The notes beneath the pieces were generated by a model that worked only from the letters and a program-made list of their open reading frames with translations, searched no databases and had not been told where the DNA came from. This document shows, piece by piece, positions 32,230-42,954 of a stretch of DNA of 50,486 nt. This stretch comes from Syntrophobacterales bacterium. GTDB taxonomy: Bacteria > Desulfobacterota > BSN033 > WVXP01 > G020346125. The stretch covers positions 2,006,290 to 2,056,775 of the forward strand of contig CP070774.1 in assembly GCA_020346125.1 (NCBI GenBank). The letters run 5' to 3'. Made by a program: the position numbers and the translations under genes. The number at the start of each line of letters is the position of its first letter. Position 1 is the stretch's first letter.

Positions 32230-32449
32230 CCTATCTGCGCCGCTATACACTCTTTACCACGGGGCATAGGGAAGTGTCAAGGGGGGGGAAGATCCTCCGC
32301 GGGTGTGCGGTGCTGCGGTGTTGCAGTCCCATAGTGTTACGGTCAGATTGGTTAGAAAATAATTCTCTGGTATCACGGTACCGGATAAACTCGCGCTAAG
32401 AGCGCGTTTTCCTCGTCTTACAGAGATCTCAGCCTGAGAAGTTCAATTG

Positions 32450-32471
32450 AAAAAGGCCCTCGGCGAGGGCC
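32450..32471 (-). terminator. Intrinsic terminator after the PxxKW gene
   Basis: GGCCCTC-3 nt-GAGGGCC hairpin followed by U5 on the minus strand. Confidence 0.65.
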
Positions 32472-32504
32472 CTCTCATCAATAATGGATTTGAAATACCC
32501 TTAA

Positions 32505-32792
32505 TTATTTATTTCGACTCTTCCTCTTCGAGGCTTTGAGAGGGTTGAGCTTCTTTTCCTCGGTAGTGCCGTTATTTCTCTTGACGTTAGTCGCAAGGGT
32601 ACAATGTCCTTTAATCCATTTCAGGGCGGGTTCACTGTAAGCCTTACAATAGAGGCCGGTGGGATATTTGGTCACCCGGTCGCAACCATTACAATTGTCG
32701 ACGATTGGGTGACATTTTCCTCCGTTGTAGCTACATCCTCTCTTGCTCATGAAAACACACTCCGTCCCTTCCTTTACCGTTTGACAAACCAT
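32505..32792 (-). CDS. PxxKW family cysteine-rich protein
   Basis: MVCQTVKEGTECVFM..C..C..C..C..C..PALKW..C..ATN, ending KLNPLKASKR; GGAGGAG RBS. Confidence 0.85.
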   Translation of the reverse strand: MVCQTVKEGTECVFMSKRGCSYNGGKCHPIVDNCNGCDRVTKYPTGLYCKAYSEPALKWIKGHCTLATNVKRNNGTTEEKKLNPLKASKRKSRNK

Positions 32793-32836
32793 GGGTATCT
32801 CCTCCCTTCTCTCTTTTATTGATTTGCTTAAAACGT

Positions 32837-32897
32837 AAAAAAAAACCGAGTCCCTCTATATGGTCAGCCGTACATTTCAGAAAGGAACTCGATTTTT
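32837..32897 (-). promoter_or_regulatory. Leader hairpin followed by U9 upstream of the PxxKW gene
   Basis: ATCGAGTTCCTTT pairs with AGAGGGACTCGGT; loop contains GGCTGACC; upstream promoter TTGACA-16 nt-TATAGT at 32989-32962. Confidence 0.5.
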
Positions 32898-33096
32898 CTT
32901 TAAAGAAAAAGCTAAGGGATTTTATCCCGAGCTCGAGGTTCCTTCAAATGATTGTCAAATAACTATATCAGTGATTTTTCAAATGTCAAGCGACGATCCG
33001 GAAATTTGAATTTTTTTTATCTCCTGGTGATTCGACCTTGACAGCAGAATCCGAGCAGATATATAAATGATGTATTCCCGAGGAAAAGGGGTATCC

Positions 33097-34185
33097 ATGA
33101 AGAAAGTGCTCTCCATATCGTTTGTGATAATGATTCTGGTCATGAAGGTCGTAGCCTTTTCAGCCGAGCCGAAAAGCAAGCTCTTCGTCTACAACTCCTC
33201 CTATGATCTCATGAAGGGAGATCTCTGGCATTACATAAAAGACCAGCAGATACTCCTGGATTTGGAATTGTACCCCAGGAACTTCGTTGTTGTCGGGTTG
33301 GGAAATACCAACCAAAGCTACTCCATTGGCGAAATGATGGCTATGGGAACGGTTGGACTGCCACGGTTTCTCTGGATCAGTCCCCAATATCCCAATAAGG
33401 CAGTGGAGATCTGGGACAGGGAATTTCCCTTCGCCGCCATCGCCGTATGCAACCCAAAGGAGGTCATCCGGTGGGAGGAAACAGGGGGAGAGATCCACAA
33501 AATACTCTCGGATCGAATTGAGGCGGAGGGAATAAAGGTGGCCGCCTTGAAGCTGAGGGGTACCCTTTTTGACGTCCAGTTCCATGTCTCATCCCATATT
33601 CCAAAAGAGGGGATAGGCATCTCTCGTAGCCCTCGTTTTGAGGGGAAAAGTCGCAAGGCATTCAGGATAGAGGGGCCATCAGAATGGGAGATCAACGGGC
33701 TCTATCTCCATTCCCAGGAATTACAGCTCATGGCCTCCACCGATGGACACCCCGTTCGCCTCCACGGCTATGAGGATAATTCGAGAAAGGGCGGCCATAT
33801 TAACTCCGCGCAGATCGATAGGCTATCCGTCCACGTCTATCCCCTTGAAGATGTAACGCTCTTCCAAAATGATTTACTGATAGAGGACGTGAAATGGAAT
33901 AAGGGGGGAATTGAAATCATCGTTGTCAACAATGGGAGAATGAACGTGAAACACGTTACGGTCAAGGCCTTCTTTCCCGAAATGGAGACGTGGACGGTTA
34001 CCATTGATCGCATAGAATCCATGTCCAAACGGTTCATCGGGTTTACCCCCTCCGTCGATCTCCTGGAAAGGGAAGGCTGGGTCGTGGTTGATCCCAATGA
34101 TGAAATAAAAGAACGCCGAGAGGACAATAACAGATTTCCATGGCCAATGAGAGGTGAGACAGCGACAGGGGAAACGCATCAATGA
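33097..34185 (+). CDS. Exported acetolactate-decarboxylase-like protein with C-terminal CARDB/Ig-like domain
   Basis: Signal peptide; GLG..GEM..FPFAA..LRG..NGLY..RLH..GGH in ALDC motif order; VVDPNDEIKERREDNN CARDB tail. Confidence 0.6.
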   Translation: MKKVLSISFVIMILVMKVVAFSAEPKSKLFVYNSSYDLMKGDLWHYIKDQQILLDLELYPRNFVVVGLGNTNQSYSIGEMMAMGTVGLPRFLWISPQYPNKAVEIWDREFPFAAIAVCNPKEVIRWEETGGEIHKILSDRIEAEGIKVAALKLRGTLFDVQFHVSSHIPKEGIGISRSPRFEGKSRKAFRIEGPSEWEINGLYLHSQELQLMASTDGHPVRLHGYEDNSRKGGHINSAQIDRLSVHVYPLEDVTLFQNDLLIEDVKWNKGGIEIIVVNNGRMNVKHVTVKAFFPEMETWTVTIDRIESMSKRFIGFTPSVDLLEREGWVVVDPNDEIKERREDNNRFPWPMRGETATGETHQ

Positions 34186-34384
34186 AGATGGTGGATCCAA
34201 GCCCCGAAATCGAAGGCCTCCTCCTTTATCCTCCCCTTCAAAATCCATCATTTTTCCCAATAGCATTACGAATTTCCAGAGTCGAAATCCCTTGACAAAT
34301 TAAAGATCTCCATACTATATGCCATGTAGTATAATAAAGACTTCTCTGCGAGCGGAACGAGTTTCATCGAAAAGGAGTTGATCG

Positions 34385-36118
34385 ATGCGTTATTCCCAGT
34401 TGATGCTACCGACCCTGAAGGAAGATCCCGCGGAAGCGGAGGTGATTAGCCATAGGTTGATGTTTCGGGCGGGAATGATTAGAAAAGTGGCAGCGGGGAT
34501 ATACTCATTTCTGCCCCTGGGATTGAGAGTCATTCAAAAGGTAGAGAGGATTATCAGGGAGGAAATGAATCGGGCGGGAGCTCAGGAGGTCTTGCTCCCC
34601 TGTGTCCAACCCGCCGAGTTATGGATGGAGAGCCACCGCTGGCAGGAATATGGAAAAGATCTCCTTCGCATTGAGGATCGCCATAGCCGGGATTATTGTT
34701 TCGGACCCACCCATGAGGAGGTCATCACTGATATCGCGAGGCGCGAGATCCGGTCATATCGCCAGATGCCGCTGAACTTCTATCAAATCCAGACCAAGTT
34801 TCGGGATGAAATCCGTCCCCGATTTGGGGTAATGAGGTGCAGGGAATTTATCATGAAGGACGCCTATAGCTTCGATACCGACGAGGTCGGCTTGGGGAAA
34901 AGCTACCAGAAGATGTATGAGGCCTATACGAGGATCTTCACCAGGTGCGGTCTGACCTTCGAGGTCGTCGAGGCGGAAACAGGCCTCATCGGGGGAACCG
35001 CCTCCCACGAGTTTATGGTGTTGGCCGAAACGGGGGAGGAGACCATCGTCAGCTGTCAATCCTGTAATTATGCGGCTAATATTCAAAAAGCGGAGGCCAA
35101 AAGGACCCGGCTTCGGGCTCGGTCAGCGAAAAAGATCATAAACCCCCTTAAAAAAGTGGAAACACCCGATAAGAAAACGGTTGAGGAGGTAACCAAGTTC
35201 CTGAAGGTGATGCCTGAGGATTTGGTAAAAACGCTCATCTTCGAGACAGAACAAGGGGTTGTTGCGACCTTAATACAGGGGGACCATGAGATCAACGAAT
35301 CGAAGCTCGGAAACCTCCTGGGTTGTGATGAGGTAAAACTCGCCTCGGATGATCTAGTTCTCGAGGTGACCGGAGCTCCCAAAGGGTATGCGGGGCCAAT
35401 AGGGCTTTCCGTTAAGGTCATCGGCGATTATGCCGTCGAATCAATGGTCAATTTCGTCACTGGGGCCAATGAGCAGGATGCCCATTATATCAACGTCAAC
35501 CTTGGCCGGGATGTCAAAGTCGATCAATTCGCGGACTTACGGATGGTAAAAGAGGGAGATCTCTGCCCCCGGTGCGGGAAATCATTGAACTTCTCCAGGG
35601 GGATTGAGGTTGGCCACATCTTCAAATTGGGGACGAAATACAGCAAGGCCCTAAGGGCAACATATCTTGATGAAAATGGTCGAGAGAGGGAGATTGTGAT
35701 GGGGTGTTACGGTATCGGTGTCGCGAGAACTGCTGCTGCCGCCATCGAACAGTATCATGACGAAGATGGGATCATCTGGCCAATGCCCATCGCCCCCTTT
35801 CAGGTCATCGTCGTTCCGGTAAATAGTAAAATCGAAGCGCTTATGGAAACGGCCGAGGAGATATACCGTCTTCTCGTGAATAATGCGGTGGAGGTATTGT
35901 TGGATGATCGTGACTCCAGCCCAGGGGTGAAATTCAAGGATGCCGATCTGATCGGCGTCCCCTTGCGGGTAACCATCGGGGAGAAGAACCTAAAAAAGGG
36001 ACTCGTTGAAATCAGGCGTCGAAAAAACGGGGAAACGACTGTAATAGAAAAGGATAGAATTGTGGAGGCCATTTCGGCCTTAATACATGAGGAGGTGAAG
36101 GGCTCATTGCATGCCTGA
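34385..36118 (+). CDS. proS: Proline--tRNA ligase
   Basis: GPTHEE, QTKFRDEIRPRFG, GIEVGHIFKLGTKYS, MGCYGIG; INS editing domain. Confidence 0.98.
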   Translation: MRYSQLMLPTLKEDPAEAEVISHRLMFRAGMIRKVAAGIYSFLPLGLRVIQKVERIIREEMNRAGAQEVLLPCVQPAELWMESHRWQEYGKDLLRIEDRHSRDYCFGPTHEEVITDIARREIRSYRQMPLNFYQIQTKFRDEIRPRFGVMRCREFIMKDAYSFDTDEVGLGKSYQKMYEAYTRIFTRCGLTFEVVEAETGLIGGTASHEFMVLAETGEETIVSCQSCNYAANIQKAEAKRTRLRARSAKKIINPLKKVETPDKKTVEEVTKFLKVMPEDLVKTLIFETEQGVVATLIQGDHEINESKLGNLLGCDEVKLASDDLVLEVTGAPKGYAGPIGLSVKVIGDYAVESMVNFVTGANEQDAHYINVNLGRDVKVDQFADLRMVKEGDLCPRCGKSLNFSRGIEVGHIFKLGTKYSKALRATYLDENGREREIVMGCYGIGVARTAAAAIEQYHDEDGIIWPMPIAPFQVIVVPVNSKIEALMETAEEIYRLLVNNAVEVLLDDRDSSPGVKFKDADLIGVPLRVTIGEKNLKKGLVEIRRRKNGETTVIEKDRIVEAISALIHEEVKGSLHA

Positions 36119-36376
36119 TGGACCGTACTTCTCCGTAAGTATCCTCCGAAACCTGGGGCGGTAGATCAGTTCAAAGGTTTCCTCCTTTCCGGGGAAAAGG
36201 CGGCATGCGTGACCCTTAACCCCTTCAACTACCTTGAGGGCCTCTTCATAAGGGAGATCGCCCTGGAGGATGAGATGCATGGAGAAATCCACCAATATCC
36301 TCAGGAACCTGATCCTCTTATTCTCTTCGGCTATCTCCTCCGGGGAAGCCATTGGGTTCATTTCCTTGTGATTCAA
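36104..36376 (-). CDS. Small hypothetical protein (start may be 36361 or 36352)
   Basis: EENKRIRFLRILVD..LFPGKEETFELIYRPRFRRI; protein-like helical composition, convergent with proS. Confidence 0.7.
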   Translation of the reverse strand: MNHKEMNPMASPEEIAEENKRIRFLRILVDFSMHLILQGDLPYEEALKVVEGVKGHACRLFPGKEETFELIYRPRFRRILTEKYGPSGMQ

Positions 36377-36471
36377 TATGATGTTCGCTGAATCAATTCA
36401 TCGGCTTTGAAGCCTATAAAAAAACTATACCAGGGGAAGAAGGGGTTGTCAAAGGAGGATTAGAATACCAG

Positions 36472-36592
36472 TTGGAATAGTGGAGTAATGGAATACTGGA
36501 ATGATGGGTAGAGAGGAATGAAAACAATAGATCCGTTTTTTCCGCTTTTTATTCCCCAATATTCCATTATTTCAACATTCCATTCATTCCAA
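36472..36592. repeat. Octamer-periodic inverted repeat element (TGGAATAN ... NTATTCCA)
   Basis: TTGGAATA GTGGAGTA ATGGAATA CTGGAATG ATGGG ... CCCAA TATTCCAT TATTTCAA CATTCCAT TCATTCCAA. Confidence 0.8.
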
Positions 36593-36772
36593 TTCTCTGA
36601 AAAATAACGCTCAGGGACAACGGTGTTCCCCAGAGCCTCAGGAAACCTCCCTCTCAGATGGGGTTGACTCTGGATCCGAGTTTCTAATATTAGGATGATA
36701 CCTCCGTGCAAATAGATTCCAAAGAGATTCGTTCCATGATTTTCTTCACCTTCGAAAAGACGGAGTGTGCTG

Positions 36773-37486
36773 ATGATGGAACCGCGGGAGAGGCTCATAT
36801 TTGCCCTTGATGTCGAACGTTTTGGCGATGCCCAAAAGCTTGCCGGCCTTTTGAAGGGCCATGTTGGCCTCTTCAAAGTAGGGAAACAGCTCTTTACCCA
36901 CGCAGGACCGAAAGTCATCGACATGATTCGAAATAAGGGGGAGCGGATCTTCCTGGACCTTAAGTTTCATGACATCCCCAATACGGTGGCAAAAGCGGCT
37001 GAGGAGGCGACCAAGCTCGGCTCAGCAATGTTTACCGTTCATTCCATGGGTGGATATGAGATGATGAAACGGGCGGTGGAATCCTCTAGAAATATTGCCA
37101 AACACCTCAATATACCAAGGCCCCTCATTTTGGCGGTGACCATCCTTACCAGCATGGATGAGGTGATCCTTGAAGAGGTGGGTATAAAGACCCCTTTAAA
37201 ACAACAGGTCGTGCGCCTCGCAACATTGGCCAAAAGGGCGGGAGTGAATGGAGTTATTGCCTCCCCGCGGGAAATCAGGCTTATACGCGATCATTGCGGG
37301 GCACATTTCCTCATCGTAACTCCAGGAGTGAGACCTGCCTCAGCGACCAAGGACGACCAGAAAAGGACCCTAACCCCTGGGGAAGCGGTCAGGGCAGGGG
37401 CAGACTATATTGTCGTGGGCCGACCCATTAAGGAGGCCGACGACCCCGTAAAGGCGGCGGACGAAATCGTCGAGGAAATATCGTGA
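36773..37486 (+). CDS. pyrF: Orotidine-5'-phosphate decarboxylase
   Basis: FALD, FKVG, FLDLKFHDIPNTV, VTILTS, VTPGVR, DDQKR, VVGRPI. Confidence 0.97.
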   Translation: MMEPRERLIFALDVERFGDAQKLAGLLKGHVGLFKVGKQLFTHAGPKVIDMIRNKGERIFLDLKFHDIPNTVAKAAEEATKLGSAMFTVHSMGGYEMMKRAVESSRNIAKHLNIPRPLILAVTILTSMDEVILEEVGIKTPLKQQVVRLATLAKRAGVNGVIASPREIRLIRDHCGAHFLIVTPGVRPASATKDDQKRTLTPGEAVRAGADYIVVGRPIKEADDPVKAADEIVEEIS

Positions 37487-38238
37487 CCCACATTATCCAC
37501 GGGCTTCACCCTATCTACCAAGCCCTCAAAGCCCACCGAAACCCCGTTAAAAAGATCATCATTTCCCGAGGAAACACACGGAGACCTCTGAAGGAAATCC
37601 TGCGATTGGCCGCGGAAAGGGGAATTTCCATCCAATGGGCTGGCAGGGATAATCTAACGCGTATGGCCAAAACCACATCTCATCAAGGTATTGTGGCCCA
37701 AATGGATGAATTCAAATACGTTGAGGTCTCTGACATCGTCCAGAGGTGGGAGGCAAGGGGAGACAAGGCCTTTCTCCTCATCGTCGATGGCGTTGAGGAT
37801 CCGCAAAATCTCGGGGGATTAATTCGAACGGCACATGCCTTCGGCGTTCATGGGATCGTTATCCCCAAGGATAGGGCAACCCCCATTACCCCCACCGTCA
37901 TAAAGGCATCTGTTGGGGCGGCCTTCCATACCCCCATCGCCCGGGTTACCAATATCGCCTCCTGCCTCGAATTTCTGAAAAAAAGGGGAATTTGGATCTT
38001 GGGCGCTGAGGGGGGATCTGAACGTCCCATCTATGATTGTGATTTGGATTTAGATTTGGCCGTCGTCATCGGAAGTGAGGGAAGGGGGATCCGGCCTCTG
38101 GTCAAAAAAAAGTGCGATTTCCTCGCCTCCATTCCCCTCCACGGAGAGATTACCTCCCTCAACGCCTCTGTCGCTGGAGCGCTGGTGATGTATGAGGTCT
38201 TAAGAGGGCGATTGCCGGTGAAGGGAACCCATGATTAG
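37483..38238 (+). CDS. rlmB: 23S rRNA Gm2251 methyltransferase
   Basis: HQGIVA, DGVEDPQNLGGLIRTA, GSEGRGIRPLV, SLNASVA. Confidence 0.92.
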   Translation: MTHIIHGLHPIYQALKAHRNPVKKIIISRGNTRRPLKEILRLAAERGISIQWAGRDNLTRMAKTTSHQGIVAQMDEFKYVEVSDIVQRWEARGDKAFLLIVDGVEDPQNLGGLIRTAHAFGVHGIVIPKDRATPITPTVIKASVGAAFHTPIARVTNIASCLEFLKKRGIWILGAEGGSERPIYDCDLDLDLAVVIGSEGRGIRPLVKKKCDFLASIPLHGEITSLNASVAGALVMYEVLRGRLPVKGTHD

Positions 38239-38473
38239 ATTGGACATCCCGGGAAGAGAGGCTTTTCGATTCGAGAACATCGTCCTCGATCTCAATAGAA
38301 CCCTCTCGTTCGACGGGAAAATCCAGCATAAGGCAAGGGGCAAAAATACCGCACTAACCGCTGACACCAGAGGCGGGGCAGAACAAATCCTGGGCAAACT
38401 CCAAACGGAGATTGTACTGCTTTCAGGCGACAATACATCTCGGGAGAAGGCGAAGGCGACGCTAAGGCGGTAA
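38231..38473 (+). pseudogene. HAD-family soluble P-type-ATPase-like hydrolase remnant
   Basis: LDIPGR..VLDLNRTLSFDGK..LTADTRG..EKA; internal segment and C-terminal motif missing. Confidence 0.6.
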
Positions 38474-38516
38474 TATGCTTATTCATGTCCGCACGGTATG
38501 TCTCATGATGATCGAT

Positions 38517-39734
38517 TCAGGAACGGTAGTGGGCGTTAATCTTTACATAATCGGTGGAAAGGTCGCAGGTAAAAATAGAGGTATGTGCATTTCCCTGGTG
38601 GAGGCGGATGGTAAGCGTAACCGTATTCCCCTTGAGCACCTGATCGGCCTCTTTCTGTAATGCCCCATTTGTCCCCATCCCACCTAAGGCAACGGGGACG
38701 TGGTTCAAGAGAATATCGAAGGTATTGGGGTTGATGGCAACGCCCGAGCGCCCGATGGCAGCGGCGATCCTTCCCCAATTGGCATCCCCGCCGAAGAAGG
38801 CCGTTTTAACGAGATTCGAGTTGGCTACGCTCAATGCCACTTTCTTTGCATCGGCTTCGCTCCTCGCCCCCTCCACCCTCACCTCAATGAATTTCGTGGC
38901 CCCCTCCCCATCCCTGATGATCATCTTGGCTAATTCATGCAAAACTGCGGTAAAGCGGTCCCTGAAGAGGGAATAGTCAGCGGATTTCAGTGATATTACC
39001 CGATTTTTTGCCATTCCATTGGCCAAAACCAAGACGGTATCGTTGGTGCTGGTATCCCCATCCACCGTGATCCGGTTAAAGGTGAGCTCTTGAACATCGG
39101 TAAGTGCCTTTTGGAGTGATGCCCCTTCAATGGCCGCGTCGGTCATCACAAAGCAGAGCATCGTCGCCATACGGGGCATGATCATACCGGCTCCCTTTGC
39201 CACCCCACATATTCTGATTTCCCTTTGGCCTATCGAGCACCTCTCCATTTTCACCTTGGGGAACGTATCGGTGGTCATAATGGCCTCGGCCGCATCCAAA
39301 AGGGTATGGGAGGAGAGATTGCCGATGAGGCGCGGGATTCGGGAGAGGATTTTATCGATAGGCAGTGGTCTTCCAATCACACCCGTAGAGGAAACCAACA
39401 CCAGTTGCCTTGGGATCCGAAGAGCCTTTGCTGTCGAATCGGCCATGGCCCTTGCATCCCGCATCCCTTTTTCCCCAGTGCAGGCATTGGCGTTTCCGCT
39501 GTTGGCGACGATCGCCTGACACCTACCCTTCCTCATCCTCACCCGATCCAGTAAGACCGGTGCCGCCTTCACCCTATTGGTAGTGAATACCCCCGCGACT
39601 GTGGCTGGAATCACGGAATAAAAAAGGGCGAGATCCCTCTGTTCGCCCTCCTTGATGCCCGCAGAGATTCCGGAAAACATAAACCCTGGAATGGAAAAGT
39701 CCCCACCCTGTTTCTCTCCAATACCGTTGCTCAC
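38517..39734 (-). CDS. argJ: Bifunctional ornithine acetyltransferase
   Basis: NSGNANACTG, STGVIG, IMTTDT, KGAGMIMPRMATML, DGDTSTNDT, DGEGATK, INAHYRS. Confidence 0.96.
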   Translation of the reverse strand: MSNGIGEKQGGDFSIPGFMFSGISAGIKEGEQRDLALFYSVIPATVAGVFTTNRVKAAPVLLDRVRMRKGRCQAIVANSGNANACTGEKGMRDARAMADSTAKALRIPRQLVLVSSTGVIGRPLPIDKILSRIPRLIGNLSSHTLLDAAEAIMTTDTFPKVKMERCSIGQREIRICGVAKGAGMIMPRMATMLCFVMTDAAIEGASLQKALTDVQELTFNRITVDGDTSTNDTVLVLANGMAKNRVISLKSADYSLFRDRFTAVLHELAKMIIRDGEGATKFIEVRVEGARSEADAKKVALSVANSNLVKTAFFGGDANWGRIAAAIGRSGVAINPNTFDILLNHVPVALGGMGTNGALQKEADQVLKGNTVTLTIRLHQGNAHTSIFTCDLSTDYVKINAHYRS

Positions 39735-39765
39735 CGTTCCCTCTCTATCGCCCTCCCTCTCCGAT

Positions 39766-42700
39766 TTACCGGCCGCAGCACTTTTTATATTTTCTCCCGC
39801 TGCCGCATGGGCATGGTTCATTTCGACCGATCTTCCTCCCTTCCCTCCTGAAGGTTACCACCTTTCCCCCCTCGGCCTCGGGCATTGCCATGGGGGCATC
39901 TTGCATCACTGGCATCTCACCCTCAAGGGGTGGCGAAAGCATCTCCCCCCGAGTGAGGACAAGCCGTTGTGGTCTCTCTCTGCTCCGACCCTTTGCCTCC
40001 CTTTCTGCCGCCAGTCGTATCGCGAAAAGCTGACGAATCGTATCCTCCCTGATCTCAGCCAACATATCCAAAAACATCTCGGACCCCTCTATTCTGAACT
40101 CCGTCAAGGGGTCCTTCTGGCCGTATCCTCGGAGTCCAATCCCCTCTTTCAAATAATCTATGCTGAGAAGATGTTCCCTCCAGTGTGTATCGATGGATTG
40201 CAATAAAATGACCTTCTCAAGATGGCGCACTATCTCTTGGCCGAGTTCCTGTTCCTTTATTGCATAAGCCTTCCGTACTCCATCGAGGATTTGTTCCCTC
40301 AATGCATCTTGGTCTAAACCGTCGGATTTCTCCTCTTCGATATCGAAATGGATCGAAAAATTCCTGAATAGTTCATCCTGGAGTCCCCTCAAGTTCCACT
40401 CCTCGGGGTAGGTCTTTCTATCGGTGTGGATATCTAAGATCTCCTCCACCAGTTCCTCCGCCATCTCCATAACCCGATCGCTCACGTTATCATTGCCTAA
40501 AACCTCCCTTCTCCGCCGGTAGATCTCCTCCCTCTGTCTATTCATCACATCATCGTATTCCAGCAGATGCTTTCTGATATCGAAGTTATGCCCCTCTACC
40601 CTCCGTTGAGCATTCTCTATGGCCTTCGTGATTAAGTTATGTTCGATGGGCTGATCCTCCTCAATACCCAATTTCGTCATCACAGTGGATATCCTCTCAG
40701 ACCCGAATAAACGCATCAAATCGTCCTCCAGGGAGAGGTAAAATCTCGATGACCCGGGATCTCCCTGTCTACCCGCCCTGCCCCTCAATTGATTGTCAAT
40801 ACGTCTCGCCTCATGCCGCTCGGTGCCGATGACGTGTAATCCCCCGTGGGTCAGGACCTCTTCCTTCTCCTTGACCGCAGTGGCACGGGTCCTTTCGTAG
40901 GCCTTCCGCTCCTCTTTCTCCGATGCCCCATCATCAACCATGGCCTTTGCCAAGAATTTCGGATTCCCTCCCAGGAGGATATCCGTGCCCCTTCCGGCCA
41001 TATTGGTGGATATAGTAACGGCACCCTTTCTTCCCGCCTGGGCAATGACCTCGGCCTCCCGCTCATGATTCTTGGCATTGAGGACGTGGTGTTTAATCCC
41101 ATTCCGCTTCAGCAGCCGACTTAACCTCTCCGATTTCTCAACGGATACGGTTCCAACCAGGACCGGGTGACCCTCCCCGTGTAATTGGGAGATATCCCTG
41201 AGAACGGCATTGAACTTCTCCCTCTCGGATTTGTAAATAACGTCGGGGTATTCCGTTCTGATCAAGGGCATGTTTGTGGGGATGACCGTGACCTCTAAAC
41301 CGTAAGTCTTATGGAATTCCATCTCCTCGGTATAAGCGGTACCCGTCATTCCCGCAAGCTTCTCGTACATCCGAAAATAATTCTGGAAGGTAATGGTTGC
41401 GAGGGTTTGATTCTCCCTCTCAATGGTCACCCCCTCCTTCGCCTCCAAGGCCTGGTGCAGTCCATCGCTATACCGCCGTCCGGGCATAAGCCTCCCCGTG
41501 AATTCATCGACGATGACCACCTGTCCGTTGCTCACCACATACGCCACATCCCTTTCGAATAGGGAATACGCCCTCAACAATTGCGACACATTGTGGATCT
41601 TCTCCGTCTTCTCGGAATATTCCGCCTCCAATTTCATCCTCAGCTGGGCCCTTTCTTGGGGATCAAGATCGGGGTCGGCATCTATCGAGCTCAAGTCCGG
41701 GAGCACGAAGAAATCGGGATCTTGGGGTGACAAAACCTTCCTCCCCCTTTCGGTCAAATCCGCTACGTTCGATTTCTCATCGATGACGAAAGAGAGGTCC
41801 TTATCGAGGAGATCCCAATTCTTATCCCTGAAGAAATCCAACTCCACACTATCTAGCAACTTCCTATATTTCCCATCCTCGAGAATTCTCAAGAGGTGTT
41901 TATGTTTAGGGACCCCCCTTTTGGCCTGAAGCAATTTGATGCCCGCCTCGTAATCCTCTCCCTCCCGGAGCAGCTCCTCGGCCTCACTCAGAGTCCGATT
42001 AATCGTCCTCGTCTGGCCTTGAAAGAGCCTCTCGACGGGACCCTTGAGTTCGTGGAATTTGTGTGTTGAACGCTCCACCGGCCCCGATATGATCAGGGGG
42101 GTCCTGGCCTCATCGATGAGGATGCTATCTACCTCATCCACGATGCCGTAGTGGAGTTCTCTTTGCACACATTCATCCAGGCTGAATTTCATATGATCCC
42201 TGAGATAATCGAACCCGAACTCGTTGTTGGTCCCGTAGGTGATATCGGCCCTGTAAGCCTTCTGCCTATCGAGATCATCCATTTCATGAACGATGACACC
42301 CACCGATAAGCCCAGGAATTGATAAATCGCGCCCATCCAATCCCGATCCCGTTTGGCCAAATAGTCGTTCACCGTGATAATATGAACACCCTTACTGGTA
42401 AGAGCGTTTAGATAGGCGGGCAGAGTTGCCACAAGGGTCTTCCCCTCTCCCGTGGCCATCTCAGCGATCTTTCCCTCGTGGAGTACAATTCCCCCCATCA
42501 GTTGAACGTCGAAGGGACGCTCTCCTAATGTCCTCTTGGAAGCCTCCCTCACGGCGGCGAAAGCCTCCGGAAGCAGGCTATCCAAATTCTCACCCCGATC
42601 GACCCTTTCCTTGAAATGGGTCGTCTTCGACCTCAAATCGGCGTCGCTCAATTTCTGAAACTCCGGCTCCATGTGATTGATTCGCTCCACCATGGGTTGG

Positions 42701-42774
42701 AGGCGGTTCAGTACCCTCTCGTTTTTCGTCCCCAGAATTTTGATGGCGGTCTTTTTGACGATAGAGCCAATCAT
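39766..42774 (-). CDS. secA: Protein translocase subunit SecA
   Basis: [53 protein letters not shown] motif. Confidence 0.98.
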   Translation of the reverse strand: MIGSIVKKTAIKILGTKNERVLNRLQPMVERINHMEPEFQKLSDADLRSKTTHFKERVDRGENLDSLLPEAFAAVREASKRTLGERPFDVQLMGGIVLHEGKIAEMATGEGKTLVATLPAYLNALTSKGVHIITVNDYLAKRDRDWMGAIYQFLGLSVGVIVHEMDDLDRQKAYRADITYGTNNEFGFDYLRDHMKFSLDECVQRELHYGIVDEVDSILIDEARTPLIISGPVERSTHKFHELKGPVERLFQGQTRTINRTLSEAEELLREGEDYEAGIKLLQAKRGVPKHKHLLRILEDGKYRKLLDSVELDFFRDKNWDLLDKDLSFVIDEKSNVADLTERGRKVLSPQDPDFFVLPDLSSIDADPDLDPQERAQLRMKLEAEYSEKTEKIHNVSQLLRAYSLFERDVAYVVSNGQVVIVDEFTGRLMPGRRYSDGLHQALEAKEGVTIERENQTLATITFQNYFRMYEKLAGMTGTAYTEEMEFHKTYGLEVTVIPTNMPLIRTEYPDVIYKSEREKFNAVLRDISQLHGEGHPVLVGTVSVEKSERLSRLLKRNGIKHHVLNAKNHEREAEVIAQAGRKGAVTISTNMAGRGTDILLGGNPKFLAKAMVDDGASEKEERKAYERTRATAVKEKEEVLTHGGLHVIGTERHEARRIDNQLRGRAGRQGDPGSSRFYLSLEDDLMRLFGSERISTVMTKLGIEEDQPIEHNLITKAIENAQRRVEGHNFDIRKHLLEYDDVMNRQREEIYRRRREVLGNDNVSDRVMEMAEELVEEILDIHTDRKTYPEEWNLRGLQDELFRNFSIHFDIEEEKSDGLDQDALREQILDGVRKAYAIKEQELGQEIVRHLEKVILLQSIDTHWREHLLSIDYLKEGIGLRGYGQKDPLTEFRIEGSEMFLDMLAEIREDTIRQLFAIRLAAEREAKGRSRERPQRLVLTRGEMLSPPLEGEMPVMQDAPMAMPEAEGGKVVTFRREGRKIGRNEPCPCGSGRKYKKCCGR

Positions 42775-42886
42775 TTTTGAGCCCCCAGTTCTATAAGTAC
42801 CCTCTTTCTTAGATTATTTTACAGTCTCGGGGTGAAGAATTCAAGCTATTCCTCGGCTTGTCCTGATCTCGGCCTGGGGAAGGGAC

Positions 42887-42921
42887 AAAAAAACCCGATA
42901 GAACTTCTTCATCTATCGGGT
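42887..42921 (-). terminator. Intrinsic terminator after the M23 gene
   Basis: ACCCGATAGA/TCTATCGGGT 10-bp stem followed by a U-tract on the minus strand. Confidence 0.7.
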
Positions 42922-42954
42922 ATCTGGATATTCCGGATAAAAAGGCGAATCTTC

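Noticed and set aside
36604-36675. Hairpins upstream of pyrF as a PyrR attenuator
   Set aside because: No PyrR binding-loop consensus or U-tract terminator
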